Shown here piece by piece: positions 18,001 through 27,355 of a stretch of DNA of 64,000 bases (its first letter is position 1; each line of letters begins with the position of its first letter). A program made the translations under genes and the position numbers. A model generated the notes under the pieces. That model was not told the origin of the DNA, ran no database searches, and worked only from the letters and a program-made list of their open reading frames with translations. This DNA comes from Chloroflexota bacterium (GTDB lineage: Bacteria; Chloroflexota; Limnocylindria; Limnocylindrales; CSP1-4), in the NCBI GenBank assembly GCA_025935925.1, contig JAICUI010000011.1, positions 2,676 to 66,675 of the forward strand. Direction: 5' to 3'.

Positions 18001-18294
18001 GGCGTACGGGCCGGACCGGACGTCCCTCGCCAGGTCGCCGCCGGTCGGCGCGAGGACCTGCTCGAGCTGCGGCCGGATCGCGCCGTCGGCCTGCGCGAGG
18101 CGGTCGGCGAGGATCTGCGTGCGGACGGTGACCGCGCGGTCCGCCGGCGGCGATTCCCGGAGCTCGCGGTGGAGCCCCGCGAGCGTCACGGCGTCGGTGT
18201 ACAGCGTCCCGGCCGAGAGGAGCGCGATCGCGCTCGCGAGCAGCACCCACGAGGCGAACAGGACCGGCCAGTCGGCCCGGCTCCGGTGGAGCAC
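15040..18294 (-). CDS. Large ABC permease with two FtsX-type domains (1084 aa)
   Basis: Starts MLHRSRADWPVLFASWVLLASAIALLSAGTLY. FtsX signatures are RRRTETALLRARGAGLPHLVRMSLLEAILV and EFALLKALGVAPRQLLSWLTAEGAALLF. Two large soluble loops (~250 and ~400 aa). Confidence 0.88.
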   Translation of the reverse strand: MLHRSRADWPVLFASWVLLASAIALLSAGTLYTDAVTLAGLHRELRESPPADRAVTVRTQILADRLAQADGAIRPQLEQVLAPTGGDLARDVRSGPYADAREDPDRVTRLLVFGAFDGIRDHGTLADGRWPDPGKSPVEVAVSQAAARILGVRTGDTLDLVGRLDNRPVQAIVTGTWTPDPADAYWLGEPLVLSGTETGGSYTVVGPLVADQADVVGPLSGGRPLDARWRAIPSIEGFGPDTLDEVSGRVAGLKERIAAAMPGSNQATVTTRLPDILASVDRSVLVTQAGILLLLVQFGVLAGYAVVLVAALLMERRRTETALLRARGAGLPHLVRMSLLEAILVVVPAVIAAPWLASLVVAAVGLSPALAGVGLEAPLPGPATFGVAVGVGLLAVLALVLPTLASGVSIAGVRAAVGRQVGRTLPQRLGLDLALVALAAIALFQLRLYGAPLTRTARGSLGVDPLLVAAPAIGLLAGAVLAIRIVPRLAELAERVLGRGRGLVPALGGRQLARRPLRYTRAALLLVLAAALGTFASAHAATWTTSQTDQAAFAAGADVRYHPPDAPSVPDWATGDALRALPGVDAATPITKGGVSVGTAVRDATLLGVDGTALADIVQLRAGPDTDRTLASLRALATDRDASAQAAGLPLPDGTKRLSVTLDAALAALEGFGPITKGYEGVKALAVILDADGRMAELEGSAVPGDAAGSRSVIDLVAPGGIGALRGPLRLVGLQVRAAIDAQDPSTIAGGPITLHALATSPDATGDAWTETPITDLSGRWTIDNPFAPRDTYRPTAPGRLDVETMTPRDAIGWGLQVGYEEPPVIPVAVNDAFLAQSAAKVGDTLAATVVGLPVKLHLVGRVAGFPSQVPSRPLVVADGASLGLATFAGGATLPPTDEWWITTRPGASGTIAAAVAEPPFGAQAVVDRNALQAGLVGDPLGLGVIGILGLGSIAALVFAAVGFLVTTTVSTQERLGEFALLKALGVAPRQLLSWLTAEGAALLFVGLLAGVGLGLVLAWLALPFATLTSSGEPPIPAPVVVVPVDALVPTVILAVVLLLATVVLVGRLLPGAQTSAVLRARDE

Positions 18295-18453
18295 GATTGA
18301 CCACAGGCCGCGTTGGATGGGCAGCGCAAGGCTCCTCGACGACGCGATCTCGGGGCTGCGTCCGCGGGTGACGAACGCGTCACCGACAATAACGCGCGTC
18401 GCGCGGAAAGGTTCCGGGGGCGGCTAGACTGCCGGAACCCGAGGGAGATCCGC

Positions 18454-19146
18454 ATGACCGTCGCCGCCGTCGTCCTCGCCGCCGTCCCCGCGTCCGCCCT
18501 CGCCGACGCGGACGGCACGCCGGGCGTCCGGCGCATCGCCGACGCGGCGTGGGCGGGAGGCGCGACCCCGGTCGTCGTCTGCTCCTTCGACCCGGACGGT
18601 GACGTCGCGGCCGCGCTCGCGAACGCCGAGACGACCCTCGTCGAGCCGGTCGACCCGGCGCGCGGCCCGGTGGCCCAGATCGTGAACGGCATCGAGGCGG
18701 CGCGACGGCTCGTCGCCGAGACCGACGCCGCGCTCGTGTGGCCGGCGCGGCTCGCGTGGGTCGACGCCGAGACCGTGACCCAGCTGATCGAGGCCCACGG
18801 CGAGGATCGATCCGCCGTCCTGCGACCCGCGTTCGGCGGCGAGGCCGGGTTCCCGGCGCTGATTCCCGTCGCGCACCTGGCGGCCTTCGCCGCCCTCGGG
18901 GCCGACCGGATGCCGGACGAGCTGCTCGACGAGCTCGAAGCGGCGGGCGTCCCGTTCGTGGTGCTCGATACCGGCGACCCGGGCACGACCCACGACGTCT
19001 CCGTCGCCCGCGCCGACCTGCCGCCCTACGAGGGGCCGCCCGTCCCGGCCGACGCGCACGACCACGAGTGGGGCTCGGCGCTCGCGGACCTGCCCGACGA
19101 GGTGCCGCCCTCGGGACCGCCGTCGGTCCGCGTCACCCTGTCCTAG
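18454..19146 (+). CDS. MobA/MocA-like nucleotidyltransferase-fold protein with a degenerate N-terminal motif
   Basis: gagggag lies 7 nt upstream of the ATG. The layout VAAVVLAAVPASAL...GATPVVVCS...VWPARLAWVDAETVTQLIEAH...RPAFGGEAGFPALI parallels MocA/MobA. The usual LAAGxSxR glycine/Arg motif reads LAAVPASAL here. Confidence 0.45.
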   Translation: MTVAAVVLAAVPASALADADGTPGVRRIADAAWAGGATPVVVCSFDPDGDVAAALANAETTLVEPVDPARGPVAQIVNGIEAARRLVAETDAALVWPARLAWVDAETVTQLIEAHGEDRSAVLRPAFGGEAGFPALIPVAHLAAFAALGADRMPDELLDELEAAGVPFVVLDTGDPGTTHDVSVARADLPPYEGPPVPADAHDHEWGSALADLPDEVPPSGPPSVRVTLS

Positions 19147-19157
19147 CCGGATCCCAC

Positions 19158-19904
19158 ATGCGCCGCCCCAACCCCCGGGTCGTCGGCCTCGTCCTGATCG
19201 TCGCGATCCTCGGGCTGGTCGGCGTCGGCGCGTGGTGGCTCCAGCCGCAGCCCCTGCTCCCCGAGGCCGACGCGTCCCTCGCCTCGACGCCCGACGTGAC
19301 GTTCCACGACGCCGGGAGCCGGCTCGAATGGTCGCCCGTCGCCGCGCCACCGACGACCGGGCTGATCGTCTATCCCGGTGCGAAGGTGCCGCCCGCGGCG
19401 TACGGGCCGCTCGCGCAGGCCATCGCCGGCCAGGGGTACCTCGTCGTGATCGAGGCCATGCCGCTCAACCTTGCGATCCTGGGCATCGGCAAGGCCGACG
19501 AGGCCATCGCCGCGCATCCCGGGATCCGGCACTGGGCGATCGGCGGGCACTCGCTCGGCGGGTCGATGGCGGCCCAGTACGCGGCGGACCACCTCGACCG
19601 GCTCGACGGGCTCGTGTTCTGGGCGGCGTACGCCGCGACCGACCTGTCGGCCAGCCGGCTCTCGGTCCTGTCGACGTGGGGGTCGCTCGACGCCGGCGCC
19701 GCCCGCATGTCGGGCGCCGACGCGCGCGCCGCCGTGCCCGCCGGCGCCGCGTTCGTCGAGATCCCGGGCGGCAACCACGAGCAGATGGGGTATTACACGG
19801 GCCAGCCCAACGACCCGCCGGCGACGATCTCGCGAGACGACCAGCAGCGGAGCGTCGCCGCGTCGACCGTCGAGCTGCTCCACGGCCTGGACGCGCAGCC
19901 CTAG
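19158..19904 (+). CDS. Alpha/beta hydrolase with an N-terminal TM anchor
   Basis: MRRPNPRVVGLVLIVAILGLVGVGAWW (TM), nucleophile elbow GGHSLGG, and a late GGNHEQ histidine region. 248 aa. Confidence 0.8.
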   Translation: MRRPNPRVVGLVLIVAILGLVGVGAWWLQPQPLLPEADASLASTPDVTFHDAGSRLEWSPVAAPPTTGLIVYPGAKVPPAAYGPLAQAIAGQGYLVVIEAMPLNLAILGIGKADEAIAAHPGIRHWAIGGHSLGGSMAAQYAADHLDRLDGLVFWAAYAATDLSASRLSVLSTWGSLDAGAARMSGADARAAVPAGAAFVEIPGGNHEQMGYYTGQPNDPPATISRDDQQRSVAASTVELLHGLDAQP

Positions 19905-19941
19905 CCGCCCGGACCGGCCCGCACCCGCGGCCCGCGGCCGC

Positions 19942-20844
19942 TCAGGTCCCCGCCGGAACCGGTCGCGCCCAGCGCTCGCGCGTCGTCGTCCGGACGAAGC
20001 CCTCGGACTCGTACAGCGAGAGCGCCCGCGGGTTCCTGCCATTCACGGAGAGCGTGACGGTCTCCACGCCGATCCCGCGCAGGTGCTCGACGCCCCAGCG
20101 CAGCAGCTGGCGGCCGACACCCGCGCCCTGGCGGTCCGGCCGCACGCCGATCGTCCAGATCTCGGCCCGCGGCTCCACGGCGCCGTCCTGGCCGCGGCGG
20201 GGCTCGGTGGCACAGAAGCCGATCAGCTCGCCGCCCAGCTCGGCGACGAGGAGGTCGTCCTCCGCCCACGGCAGGTCGAGCTCCGGCGTGGTGGCCATCG
20301 CCTCGTCCATGTGGAGCGGCGTCGCGTGATCCGCGAAGGCCGCGTTGAACAGCCGGATGAACGCCAGCCGGTCCTCGCCGATTCGGATCGGCCGCACGGT
20401 GACGCCGTCCGGCCATGCGGGCGACGCGGCGGCCGCGCTCGCCGGCAGCTCGAGGTCCCACAGCAGCGAGTGGAGCTCGAAGCCGGTCGCGGCGAGGAAG
20501 GCGTGCGCCGGCTCCTCGCCCGGGACGACGCCGAGGAGCAGGTTCGGACGCGCGCGGAACGCCTCCATCTGGAGCCCGAGCTCGACGAGCGACCGGCCGA
20601 TGCCGCGGCGCCGGAACGCGGGCTCGACGACGAGCGCCTTGACCTCGGGATGCACCCACCCGACCACGGTGCCGTCGAGCTCCGCCACGCCGACCAGCTG
20701 CGGCTCGGACAGCGACCACGGGACGAGGAACTCGCCGTGGGGCGACGACGACCCGAGGAGCTCGCCCGCCGCGACCGCGCGCTCGACCGACGCCGCGTAG
20801 GCGGCGCCATCCTCGGCCGCGAGGCCGCGGGCGACGAGCGGCAT
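19942..20844 (-). CDS. Tandem-GNAT N-acetyltransferase (MshD-like two-domain architecture)
   Basis: Two acetyl-CoA motif-A segments: VVEPAFRRRGIGRSLV and VRPDRQGAGVGRQLL. 300 aa. The start is 3 nt after the aspS stop. Confidence 0.7.
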   Translation of the reverse strand: MPLVARGLAAEDGAAYAASVERAVAAGELLGSSSPHGEFLVPWSLSEPQLVGVAELDGTVVGWVHPEVKALVVEPAFRRRGIGRSLVELGLQMEAFRARPNLLLGVVPGEEPAHAFLAATGFELHSLLWDLELPASAAAASPAWPDGVTVRPIRIGEDRLAFIRLFNAAFADHATPLHMDEAMATTPELDLPWAEDDLLVAELGGELIGFCATEPRRGQDGAVEPRAEIWTIGVRPDRQGAGVGRQLLRWGVEHLRGIGVETVTLSVNGRNPRALSLYESEGFVRTTTRERWARPVPAGT

Positions 20845-20847
20845 GCG

Positions 20848-22701
20848 CTACGCGCGCCCGGGGACGCCGACGAAGCGCAGCCCGAGCTCCTCGTACTGCT
20901 CTGGCTCGGGGGCCGACGGCGCCTCAAGCATCGGGTCGGTCCCGGACTGGGTCTTGGGGAAGGCCATGACCTCGCGGATGTTGGTCTGGTGGCTGAGGAG
21001 CGCGGCCCAGCGGTCGATGCCGAGCGCGATCCCGCCGTGGGGCGGCGCGCCGTACTGGAACGCCTCGAGCATCGCGCCGAACCGCTCCTCCATCTGGTCG
21101 CGCGTGTAGCCCTGGAGGTTGAAGCTGCGCGCGAGCAGGTCGGGGTTCCAGATCCGGACGGATCCGCCGCCCAGCTCCCAGCCGTTGAGCGCGATGTCGT
21201 ACTGCATCGCCCGGGCCTTGCCCGCGGGGTCGTCGGGCGACCGGTCGTCGAGGCTGCCCGCGTTCGTCGTCAGCAGCGCCTCGTCGTCCGGGAGCACGCC
21301 GCTGAACGGGTTGTGGGTCGCGTCCCAGCGGTGGCCGTCGGCGTCCCACTGGTACATCGGGAACTCGTGGACCCAGCAGTACGCGAGCTCGTTCGGATCG
21401 GCGAGGCCGAGGCGGTTGCCCAGCTCCTGCCGAAGGCGGCCGAGGACGTCGTTGGTCACGCCCGCCGTGTCGGCCACGATGAGCAGCAGGTCGCCCTCGC
21501 CGGCGCCGCTCGCGGACACGAGCCGCGCCTGGAGCTCCGGGGACAGGAACTTCGCGATCGGCCCGTGGAGGTCGCCGCCCGCCTCGACCGCGAGGTGGAC
21601 GAGGCCTTTCGCCCCGTGGCGCCGGGCGTACTCGGTCAGGTCGTCCGTCTCGCGCCGGGTCGCGGCGGCCATCCCCGGCGCCGCGATCGCCTTGACGCGG
21701 CCGCCGTTCGCGAGCGTCTCGTCGAACACCCGGAAGCCCGATCCGCCCTCGAGCGCCGGCGCGAGGTCGACGAGCTCCATCGCGAACCGGAGGTCGGGCT
21801 TGTCGGACCCGAAGCGCTCCATCGCCTGGGCGTACGTGAACACGGGGAACGGCGTCTCGCGGATCGGTCGATCCGGAACCGTCGCCCGCGTGACCTCGAT
21901 CACCATCCGCTCGACGAACGCCATCACGGCCGCCTCGTCGACGAAGCTCATCTCGAGGTCGAGCTGGGTGAACTCCGGCTGGCGATCGCCGCGCAGGTCC
22001 TCGTCGCGGAAGCAGCGCGCGATCTGGAAGTAGCGGTCGATGCCCGCGACCATCAGCAGCTGCTTGAGCTGCTGCGGGCTCTGCGGGAGCGCGTACACGG
22101 CGCCCGGCTGGAGGCGGCTCGGAACGATGAAGTCGCGCGCGCCCTCGGGCGTGGACTTGATGAGGTTCGGCGTCTCGACCTCGACGAAGCCGTTCGCGTG
22201 GTGCACCTCGCGGATGGCCTGGACGAGGCGGCTCCGGAGCAGCAGGCGACGCTGCATCGCCTCGCGCCGGATGTCGAGGTAGCGGTACTTGAGCCGGAGG
22301 CTCTCGTCGATCGTCGCGTCGGGGTCGTTGAGGTAGAACGGCGGCGTCTTGGCCTCGTTCAGGATCGTCACCGTGCGGGCCTGGAGCTCGACGTCGCCCG
22401 TCGGCAGCCTGGCGTTCTCCGTGCCCGGCTGGCGGCGCGCGACCTCGCCCTCGAACGCGACCACGTACTCGGAGCGGAGGCGGCTCGCCGTCGCGTGCGC
22501 CTCGGGCGCGTCCGCGGCGTCGATCACGACCTGGGTGATCCCGTGCCGATCGCGGAGATCGATGAAGATCAGCTTCCCGTAGTCGCGCCGGCGGTGCACC
22601 CAGCCGGCGAGCTTCGCCCGGGTCCCGGCGTCATCGGCTCGCAGCTCGCCATTGGTGTGCGTGCGGTAGGGCGTGGCGAGGCTGACGGGTTCGGCGGGCA
22701 C
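20848..22701 (-). CDS. aspS: Aspartate--tRNA ligase
   Basis: N-terminal OB fold (LAGWVHRRRDYGKLIFIDLRDRHGITQVV). Class II motifs FRDEDLRGDRQPEFTQLDLEMSF and GGGSVRI...PPHGGIALGIDR. GTG start. 617 aa. Confidence 0.95.
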   Translation of the reverse strand: MPAEPVSLATPYRTHTNGELRADDAGTRAKLAGWVHRRRDYGKLIFIDLRDRHGITQVVIDAADAPEAHATASRLRSEYVVAFEGEVARRQPGTENARLPTGDVELQARTVTILNEAKTPPFYLNDPDATIDESLRLKYRYLDIRREAMQRRLLLRSRLVQAIREVHHANGFVEVETPNLIKSTPEGARDFIVPSRLQPGAVYALPQSPQQLKQLLMVAGIDRYFQIARCFRDEDLRGDRQPEFTQLDLEMSFVDEAAVMAFVERMVIEVTRATVPDRPIRETPFPVFTYAQAMERFGSDKPDLRFAMELVDLAPALEGGSGFRVFDETLANGGRVKAIAAPGMAAATRRETDDLTEYARRHGAKGLVHLAVEAGGDLHGPIAKFLSPELQARLVSASGAGEGDLLLIVADTAGVTNDVLGRLRQELGNRLGLADPNELAYCWVHEFPMYQWDADGHRWDATHNPFSGVLPDDEALLTTNAGSLDDRSPDDPAGKARAMQYDIALNGWELGGGSVRIWNPDLLARSFNLQGYTRDQMEERFGAMLEAFQYGAPPHGGIALGIDRWAALLSHQTNIREVMAFPKTQSGTDPMLEAPSAPEPEQYEELGLRFVGVPGRA

Positions 22702-22793
22702 GAACGACTCCGGGCTGCTGGGCGTGACGGGTCCCTATCGTATGCCACCGCGACGGGCCCCCAACGCGGCCATGGGTTCCGTACCCTGATCCG

Positions 22794-23771
22794 ATGACCG
22801 ACACCCAACGCCCCGCCGTCGTCATCGACTGCGATCCCGGCCACGACGACGCGCTCGCGATCCTCCTCGCCGCCCGTCATCTCGACGTCCGTGCCGTCAC
22901 CGCGGTCCACGGCAACGCGCCGCTGGAGCGGACGCACGCCAACGCGAGGCGCGTCCTCGAGCTCGGAGGCCGGACGGACATCCCCGTCGCTGCTGGCTGC
23001 GACCGGCCGCTCGTCCGCGAGGCGCACTTCGCGCCCGACGTCCACGGCAAGAGCGGTCTCGACGGCCCCGACCTGCCCGAGCCGACGATGCCGCTGATGG
23101 ACGCGCACGCGGTCGACGTGCTGATCGAGCTGTCACGGTCGGTGCCGGATCTCGAGGTGTTCGCCGTCGGGCCGCTGACGAACGTCGCGATGGCGATCCG
23201 CCGCGACCCCGGGTTCGCCTCGCGGGTGAAGCGGTTCCGGATCATGGGTGGCTCGCTGACGTTCGGCAACGTGACGCCCGCGGCGGAGTTCAACATCTGG
23301 GCCGACCCGGACGCCGCGCACATCGTGTTCGGGGCCGGCACGCCGATCACGATGGTCGGCCTCAACGTGACGATGCAGTCGCTCGCGACGCCCGATCGCC
23401 GCGACCAGCTCCGCGCCACCGGCCGCCGGACCGCGATCGCGTTCGCGGACATGCTCGACTTCTACGCCATCGGCGAAGGCCAGTACTCGGGCCTGCCGGG
23501 CGGCGCGCTCCACGACCCGATGGCGGTGGCGACGTTGATCGACCCCACCATCGTCACGACGGCGCCGCTCAACGTGCAGGTCGAGACGGCGCGCGGCTCG
23601 GTCGCCTACGGGATGACGCTGTGCGACGGCCGCGGGCTCGACGCCGCGTTCCGGCCGCGAGGCGTCTACACGCAGGGCGGCGCGACGACGCCGAACGCCG
23701 ACGTCGCGACCGCCGTGGACGACGCCCGGTTCTGGGACCTGCTGTTCGAGGCGATCGCGAGCTACGCCTGA
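22794..23771 (+). CDS. Nucleoside hydrolase (inosine/uridine-preferring family)
   Basis: N-terminal aspartate cluster VVIDCDPGHDDALAIL, then LTNVAMAI and AEFNIWADPDAA. 325 aa. Confidence 0.9.
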   Translation: MTDTQRPAVVIDCDPGHDDALAILLAARHLDVRAVTAVHGNAPLERTHANARRVLELGGRTDIPVAAGCDRPLVREAHFAPDVHGKSGLDGPDLPEPTMPLMDAHAVDVLIELSRSVPDLEVFAVGPLTNVAMAIRRDPGFASRVKRFRIMGGSLTFGNVTPAAEFNIWADPDAAHIVFGAGTPITMVGLNVTMQSLATPDRRDQLRATGRRTAIAFADMLDFYAIGEGQYSGLPGGALHDPMAVATLIDPTIVTTAPLNVQVETARGSVAYGMTLCDGRGLDAAFRPRGVYTQGGATTPNADVATAVDDARFWDLLFEAIASYA

Positions 23772-24766
23772 CCACCGGAGCGTCGGGTCCGCGCCATCGG
23801 GTCCGGCTCGCCGGTGAGCCGCACGACGCGGTCCCACAGCTCGGCGCGCGCCACGCGATCGAGGCGCGTGGACGGGAGCCGGTCGAAGGGACGCGCGCGG
23901 CGGTCGAGGAAGAGGCGGCCGGTTTGGCCGCGGGCCTCGGGTGACGCGGCAAGCCACAGGATCGTGTCGGCGCCCTGCGCCGGCGTCCGGAGCCATTGCC
24001 CGACGAGGCGATGGAAGCCCGGCAGCGACGCCTCCAGGCCCGGCGTGTCGGCCCATCCGGGGTGCATCGCGTTCGCGGTGATCCCGCGCGCACGGAGGCG
24101 CGTCGCCCACTCGCGAACGAGCGCGACCTGCGCCCGCTTCGCCCGCGCGTACGCCCGCGTCCCGTCGTAGGTCCCGTGCTCGTACTCCAGGTCGTCGAGC
24201 GGCAGCGCCTGCGCGTACATCCCGCCCGAGGTCACGGCGACGATCCGCGCGGACGGCGCGACGTCGAGCGCCGGCAGGAGCCGCGACACGAGGACGAACG
24301 GGCCGAGGACCATGGTGGCGAACGTGCGCTCGTGGCCCTCCTCGGTCACCTCGCGTGCCGGGACCATCGTCCCCGCGTTGTCGATGAGCACGTCGATCCG
24401 CGGCTCGAGGGCGAGGATCTCGGCCGCCGCGCGGCGCACGGACGCCAGCGACGCCATGTCGGCGACGACCGACCGGTGCGCCCCATCGGCCGGCGGCGCG
24501 AGCGACGCGCGCACGGCGTCGAGCTTCGCGGCGTCGCGGCCCACGAGCACGAGCCTCGCGCCCATCTCCGCGAGCGACGACGCCGTCTCGCGGCCGAGCC
24601 CGGACGTCGGCCCGGTGATGACGACGACGCGGCCCGCCAGCGACCACGCCGCGGGATCGTCCCAGGCGTAGAGGGCGCGCCGGAGCCGGTAGCCGGCGCT
24701 GGTGAAGCTCGGGACGACGGTCAGCTCGGCGAGGTCGTCGGGGAGGGTTCGAAGGTCCATCGCCAC
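23762..24766 (-). CDS. Short-chain dehydrogenase/reductase (SDR)
   Basis: [14 protein letters not shown] (TGxxxGxG), NNAG, and Y..AKRA (YxxxK). 334 aa. Confidence 0.85.
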   Translation of the reverse strand: MAMDLRTLPDDLAELTVVPSFTSAGYRLRRALYAWDDPAAWSLAGRVVVITGPTSGLGRETASSLAEMGARLVLVGRDAAKLDAVRASLAPPADGAHRSVVADMASLASVRRAAAEILALEPRIDVLIDNAGTMVPAREVTEEGHERTFATMVLGPFVLVSRLLPALDVAPSARIVAVTSGGMYAQALPLDDLEYEHGTYDGTRAYARAKRAQVALVREWATRLRARGITANAMHPGWADTPGLEASLPGFHRLVGQWLRTPAQGADTILWLAASPEARGQTGRLFLDRRARPFDRLPSTRLDRVARAELWDRVVRLTGEPDPMARTRRSGGQA

Positions 24767-24855
24767 CGATTCGCGCGGCGGACCCGTCCGGATGGGCGCG
24801 ACGTGCGAAGGAGTGGCATCGGGCCTGCCACCGGCCCTGCAACCAGGGGCCCCGC

Positions 24856-25311
24856 ATGCCGCGACTGCACGAGACCGTCACCACCCGCCTGCCGCTCGAC
24901 GAGACGTTCGCGTTCGTCGCCGACTTCGCGAACGCCCCGGCGTGGGACCCGGGCACCGCGACGTCCGAGCGGCTGGACGCCGGGCCGGTCGGGAGCGGCG
25001 CCCGCTACCGGCTCGGGGTGCGCATGGGCGGCCGCGTCGCGCCGATGGAGTACCGGATCGCCGGCTGGGAGCCGCCCGTCCGCGTCGTCCTCCGCGGCAG
25101 CGGCTCGGGCGTCCAGGCGGTCGACGACATCCGGTTCGCGGCGGCGCCGGACGGTGGCACCGTCGTCGACTACACCGCCGACCTCCGGCTCACCGGCTGG
25201 ATGCGGCTCCTCGCGCCGTTCGCTGGCGGCGCCTTCAAGCGCATCGGCGCGCAGGCGGCCGCCGGGATGCGGGCGGCGCTCGACGCGCGAGCCGCCGGGG
25301 CGCCGCGATGA
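24856..25311 (+). CDS. SRPBCC (START/polyketide cyclase-like) ligand-binding protein
   Basis: 151 aa. [14 protein letters not shown]...[10 protein letters not shown]...[12 protein letters not shown] is the typical SRPBCC pattern. The stop overlaps the next start (ATGA). Confidence 0.7.
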   Translation: MPRLHETVTTRLPLDETFAFVADFANAPAWDPGTATSERLDAGPVGSGARYRLGVRMGGRVAPMEYRIAGWEPPVRVVLRGSGSGVQAVDDIRFAAAPDGGTVVDYTADLRLTGWMRLLAPFAGGAFKRIGAQAAAGMRAALDARAAGAPR

Positions 25312-26594
25312 GGGTCGGGATCGTCGGCAGCGGCGTGAGCGGGCTGACGGCCGCGTGGGCGCTCCATCGCGACGGCCACGACGTCGTCATGTTCGAGGGC
25401 CACGCGCGCCCGGGCGGCCACGTAGCGACCGAGACCGTCGACGCGCCGGGGGAACCCGTCAACGTCGACATGGGCTTCATCGTCTACAACGAGCGGACGT
25501 ACCCGCGGCTCGTCGGCCTGTTCTCGGAGCTCGGCGTCGCCACCCAGCCGAGCGACATGTCGTTCGCGTCGTCGTGCCTCGCGTGCGACGTCGAGTACGG
25601 GACCCGCGGCCCGCGCGGGTTCTTCGCCCAGCGCTCGCTCGCCGCTCGCCCCTCGTACCTCCGCATGTTCCCGGACGTGGCGCGGTTCTACCGGCTCGCG
25701 GGCCGGGTCCTCGCGGGACCGCGCGACCCGAGGACGCTCGGTGAGTTCCTCGACGACGGCGGGTTCGGGCGGGCGTTCCGGGACCACTTCATCGTCCCGA
25801 TCACCGCGGCCGTCTGGTCGACGCCGCCGGGCCGCACGCTCGATCACCCGGTCCACGAGCTGCTCGAGTTCCTCGACAACCACGGGCTGATCGGTGCGGG
25901 GCGCACCCTGCGCTGGCGAACCGTCACCGGCGGCTCCCGGACGTACGTCGACCGGATCGTGGCCGAGCTGCCGGCGGGCGGCGTGCGCTGCGGCGATGCG
26001 GTCGAGTCCGTCATGCGGACCCCGGGCGGTCCCGTGATCCGGACCGCGGCGGGCCACGCGGAGCGGGTCGACGCGGTCGTCCTCGCCACGCACGCGGACC
26101 AGGCGCTCGACCTGCTCGGCGACGCCGACCCCGCCGAGCGCCGGGCGCTCGCGGGCGTCGAGTACGCGCCGAACCGCGTCGTCCTTCACACCGACGAGCG
26201 GTTGATGCCGCGGCGCGCCGGCGCGTGGGCGTCGTGGAACGTCGTCCGCCGCTCGTGCGAGGATCCCGACGAAGGCCTGTCGATGACGTACCACATGAAC
26301 CGACTCCAGGCGCTCCCGGGCCCGACGCAGCTGTTCGTGTCGGTCAACCCCGGGCCGGAGCTGCGCGATGACCGGGTGCTCGTGACGCGCTCGTTCAGCC
26401 ACCCGCTCGCGACCGAGGGCAAGCTGCACGCGCAGGCGGCGATCGCCCGGCTCCAGGGCCACCGCGACACGTTCTACGCCGGCGCGCACCTCGGGTACGG
26501 CTTCCACGAGGACGGCTGCCGCTCCGGGTACGAGGCGGCGGCACGGGTCGCGGCGTCGCGAGGCGCCGCCGGCGACGACGAGGCCGCGGCATGA
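25308..26594 (+). CDS. FAD-dependent oxidoreductase (amine-oxidase/COG2907 family)
   Basis: [38 protein letters not shown] (GxGxxG dinucleotide fold). 428 aa. Stop/start overlap ATGA with DUF1365. Confidence 0.85.
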   Translation: MRVGIVGSGVSGLTAAWALHRDGHDVVMFEGHARPGGHVATETVDAPGEPVNVDMGFIVYNERTYPRLVGLFSELGVATQPSDMSFASSCLACDVEYGTRGPRGFFAQRSLAARPSYLRMFPDVARFYRLAGRVLAGPRDPRTLGEFLDDGGFGRAFRDHFIVPITAAVWSTPPGRTLDHPVHELLEFLDNHGLIGAGRTLRWRTVTGGSRTYVDRIVAELPAGGVRCGDAVESVMRTPGGPVIRTAAGHAERVDAVVLATHADQALDLLGDADPAERRALAGVEYAPNRVVLHTDERLMPRRAGAWASWNVVRRSCEDPDEGLSMTYHMNRLQALPGPTQLFVSVNPGPELRDDRVLVTRSFSHPLATEGKLHAQAAIARLQGHRDTFYAGAHLGYGFHEDGCRSGYEAAARVAASRGAAGDDEAAA

Positions 26595-27355
26595 GATCGC
26601 ACCTGCTGGAGGGCACGGTCGAGCACCGCCGCGCCCGACCGGTCCGCTACGGGCTGCGCCACCGGGTGTGGTACCTGGCGCTCGACCTCGGCGAGATCGA
26701 CGAGGCCGTGCGGCGGGTCCGCCTGCTCCGCCGCAACCGCGCCGGGATCGTCGCCTTCCACGATGCCGACCACTGGATCCCGGCCGCGGTCAACCTCCGC
26801 GCCTCGGTGCTCGGCCACCTCGTGCGCGAGGGCGTCGACCCGACGGGGTGGCGCGTGACCCTCGTGGCCTATCCCCGGGTGCTCGGCCACGTCTTCAACC
26901 CGGCGAGCTTCTACCTCTGCCGCGACGGCGGCGGCGACTTGCGTGCGGTGGTCGTCGAGGTCCACAACACGCATGGCGAGCGCCACCTGTACACGCTGCA
27001 CGGCGGGTCGGGAGACCGGCTGCGCGGCGCGATGGCCAAGGCGTTCTACGTGTCGCCGTTCATCGGCATGGAGGGCAGCTACCGCGTGACGGTCGACGAA
27101 CGCGCGGACTCGCTGCGGATCGCGATCAACGAGCAGGAGGACGGCCAACCGCTGCTCTCGACGAGCCTCGTCCTGGAGCGGCGACCGTTGACCGATCGGG
27201 CGCTGCTGCGCGTCCTGGCGCGGCGGCCGCTGGTGACGCACTGGACGGTGCTCGCCATCCATCTCCACGCGTTGCGACTCTGGCGGCGCGGGGTCCGGTT
27301 CCACCGCCACGGCCCGGCGGTCGCCGGACCGATGGCGGGCGAGGTGGCGCGGTGA
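26591..27355 (+). CDS. DUF1365 family protein
   Basis: [37 protein letters not shown]...HNTHGERH...AKAFYVSPF is the characteristic DUF1365 pattern. 254 aa. Confidence 0.8.
   Translation: MRSHLLEGTVEHRRARPVRYGLRHRVWYLALDLGEIDEAVRRVRLLRRNRAGIVAFHDADHWIPAAVNLRASVLGHLVREGVDPTGWRVTLVAYPRVLGHVFNPASFYLCRDGGGDLRAVVVEVHNTHGERHLYTLHGGSGDRLRGAMAKAFYVSPFIGMEGSYRVTVDERADSLRIAINEQEDGQPLLSTSLVLERRPLTDRALLRVLARRPLVTHWTVLAIHLHALRLWRRGVRFHRHGPAVAGPMAGEVAR

Noticed and set aside
12266-18304. A single 2012-aa protein spanning both permeases.
   Set aside because: The first ~1090 residues are R/G/A/P-rich and overlap the well-formed 1084-aa permease (15040..18294) in another frame. The sensible product begins at MGWTIVALRRL (ATG 15037). 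The same logic was applied to 11181..14048, 50971..54705, 3457..5829, 4602..6128, 35267..37510, 38081..41059, 39181..41133, 40899..42188, 46772..48682 and 57293..59050. All were trimmed to internal starts.
18425-18435. An 11-mer, tagactgccgg, shared upstream of two plus-strand genes (18425-18435 before the MocA-like gene and 55999-56009 before the response regulator) as a common promoter or operator.
   Set aside because: tagact is a plausible -10 element in both places. However, an 11-nt match between two intergenic sites is roughly what chance allows in this much sequence. No convincing -35 or extended similarity accompanies it, apart from a gaaagg nearby in both.
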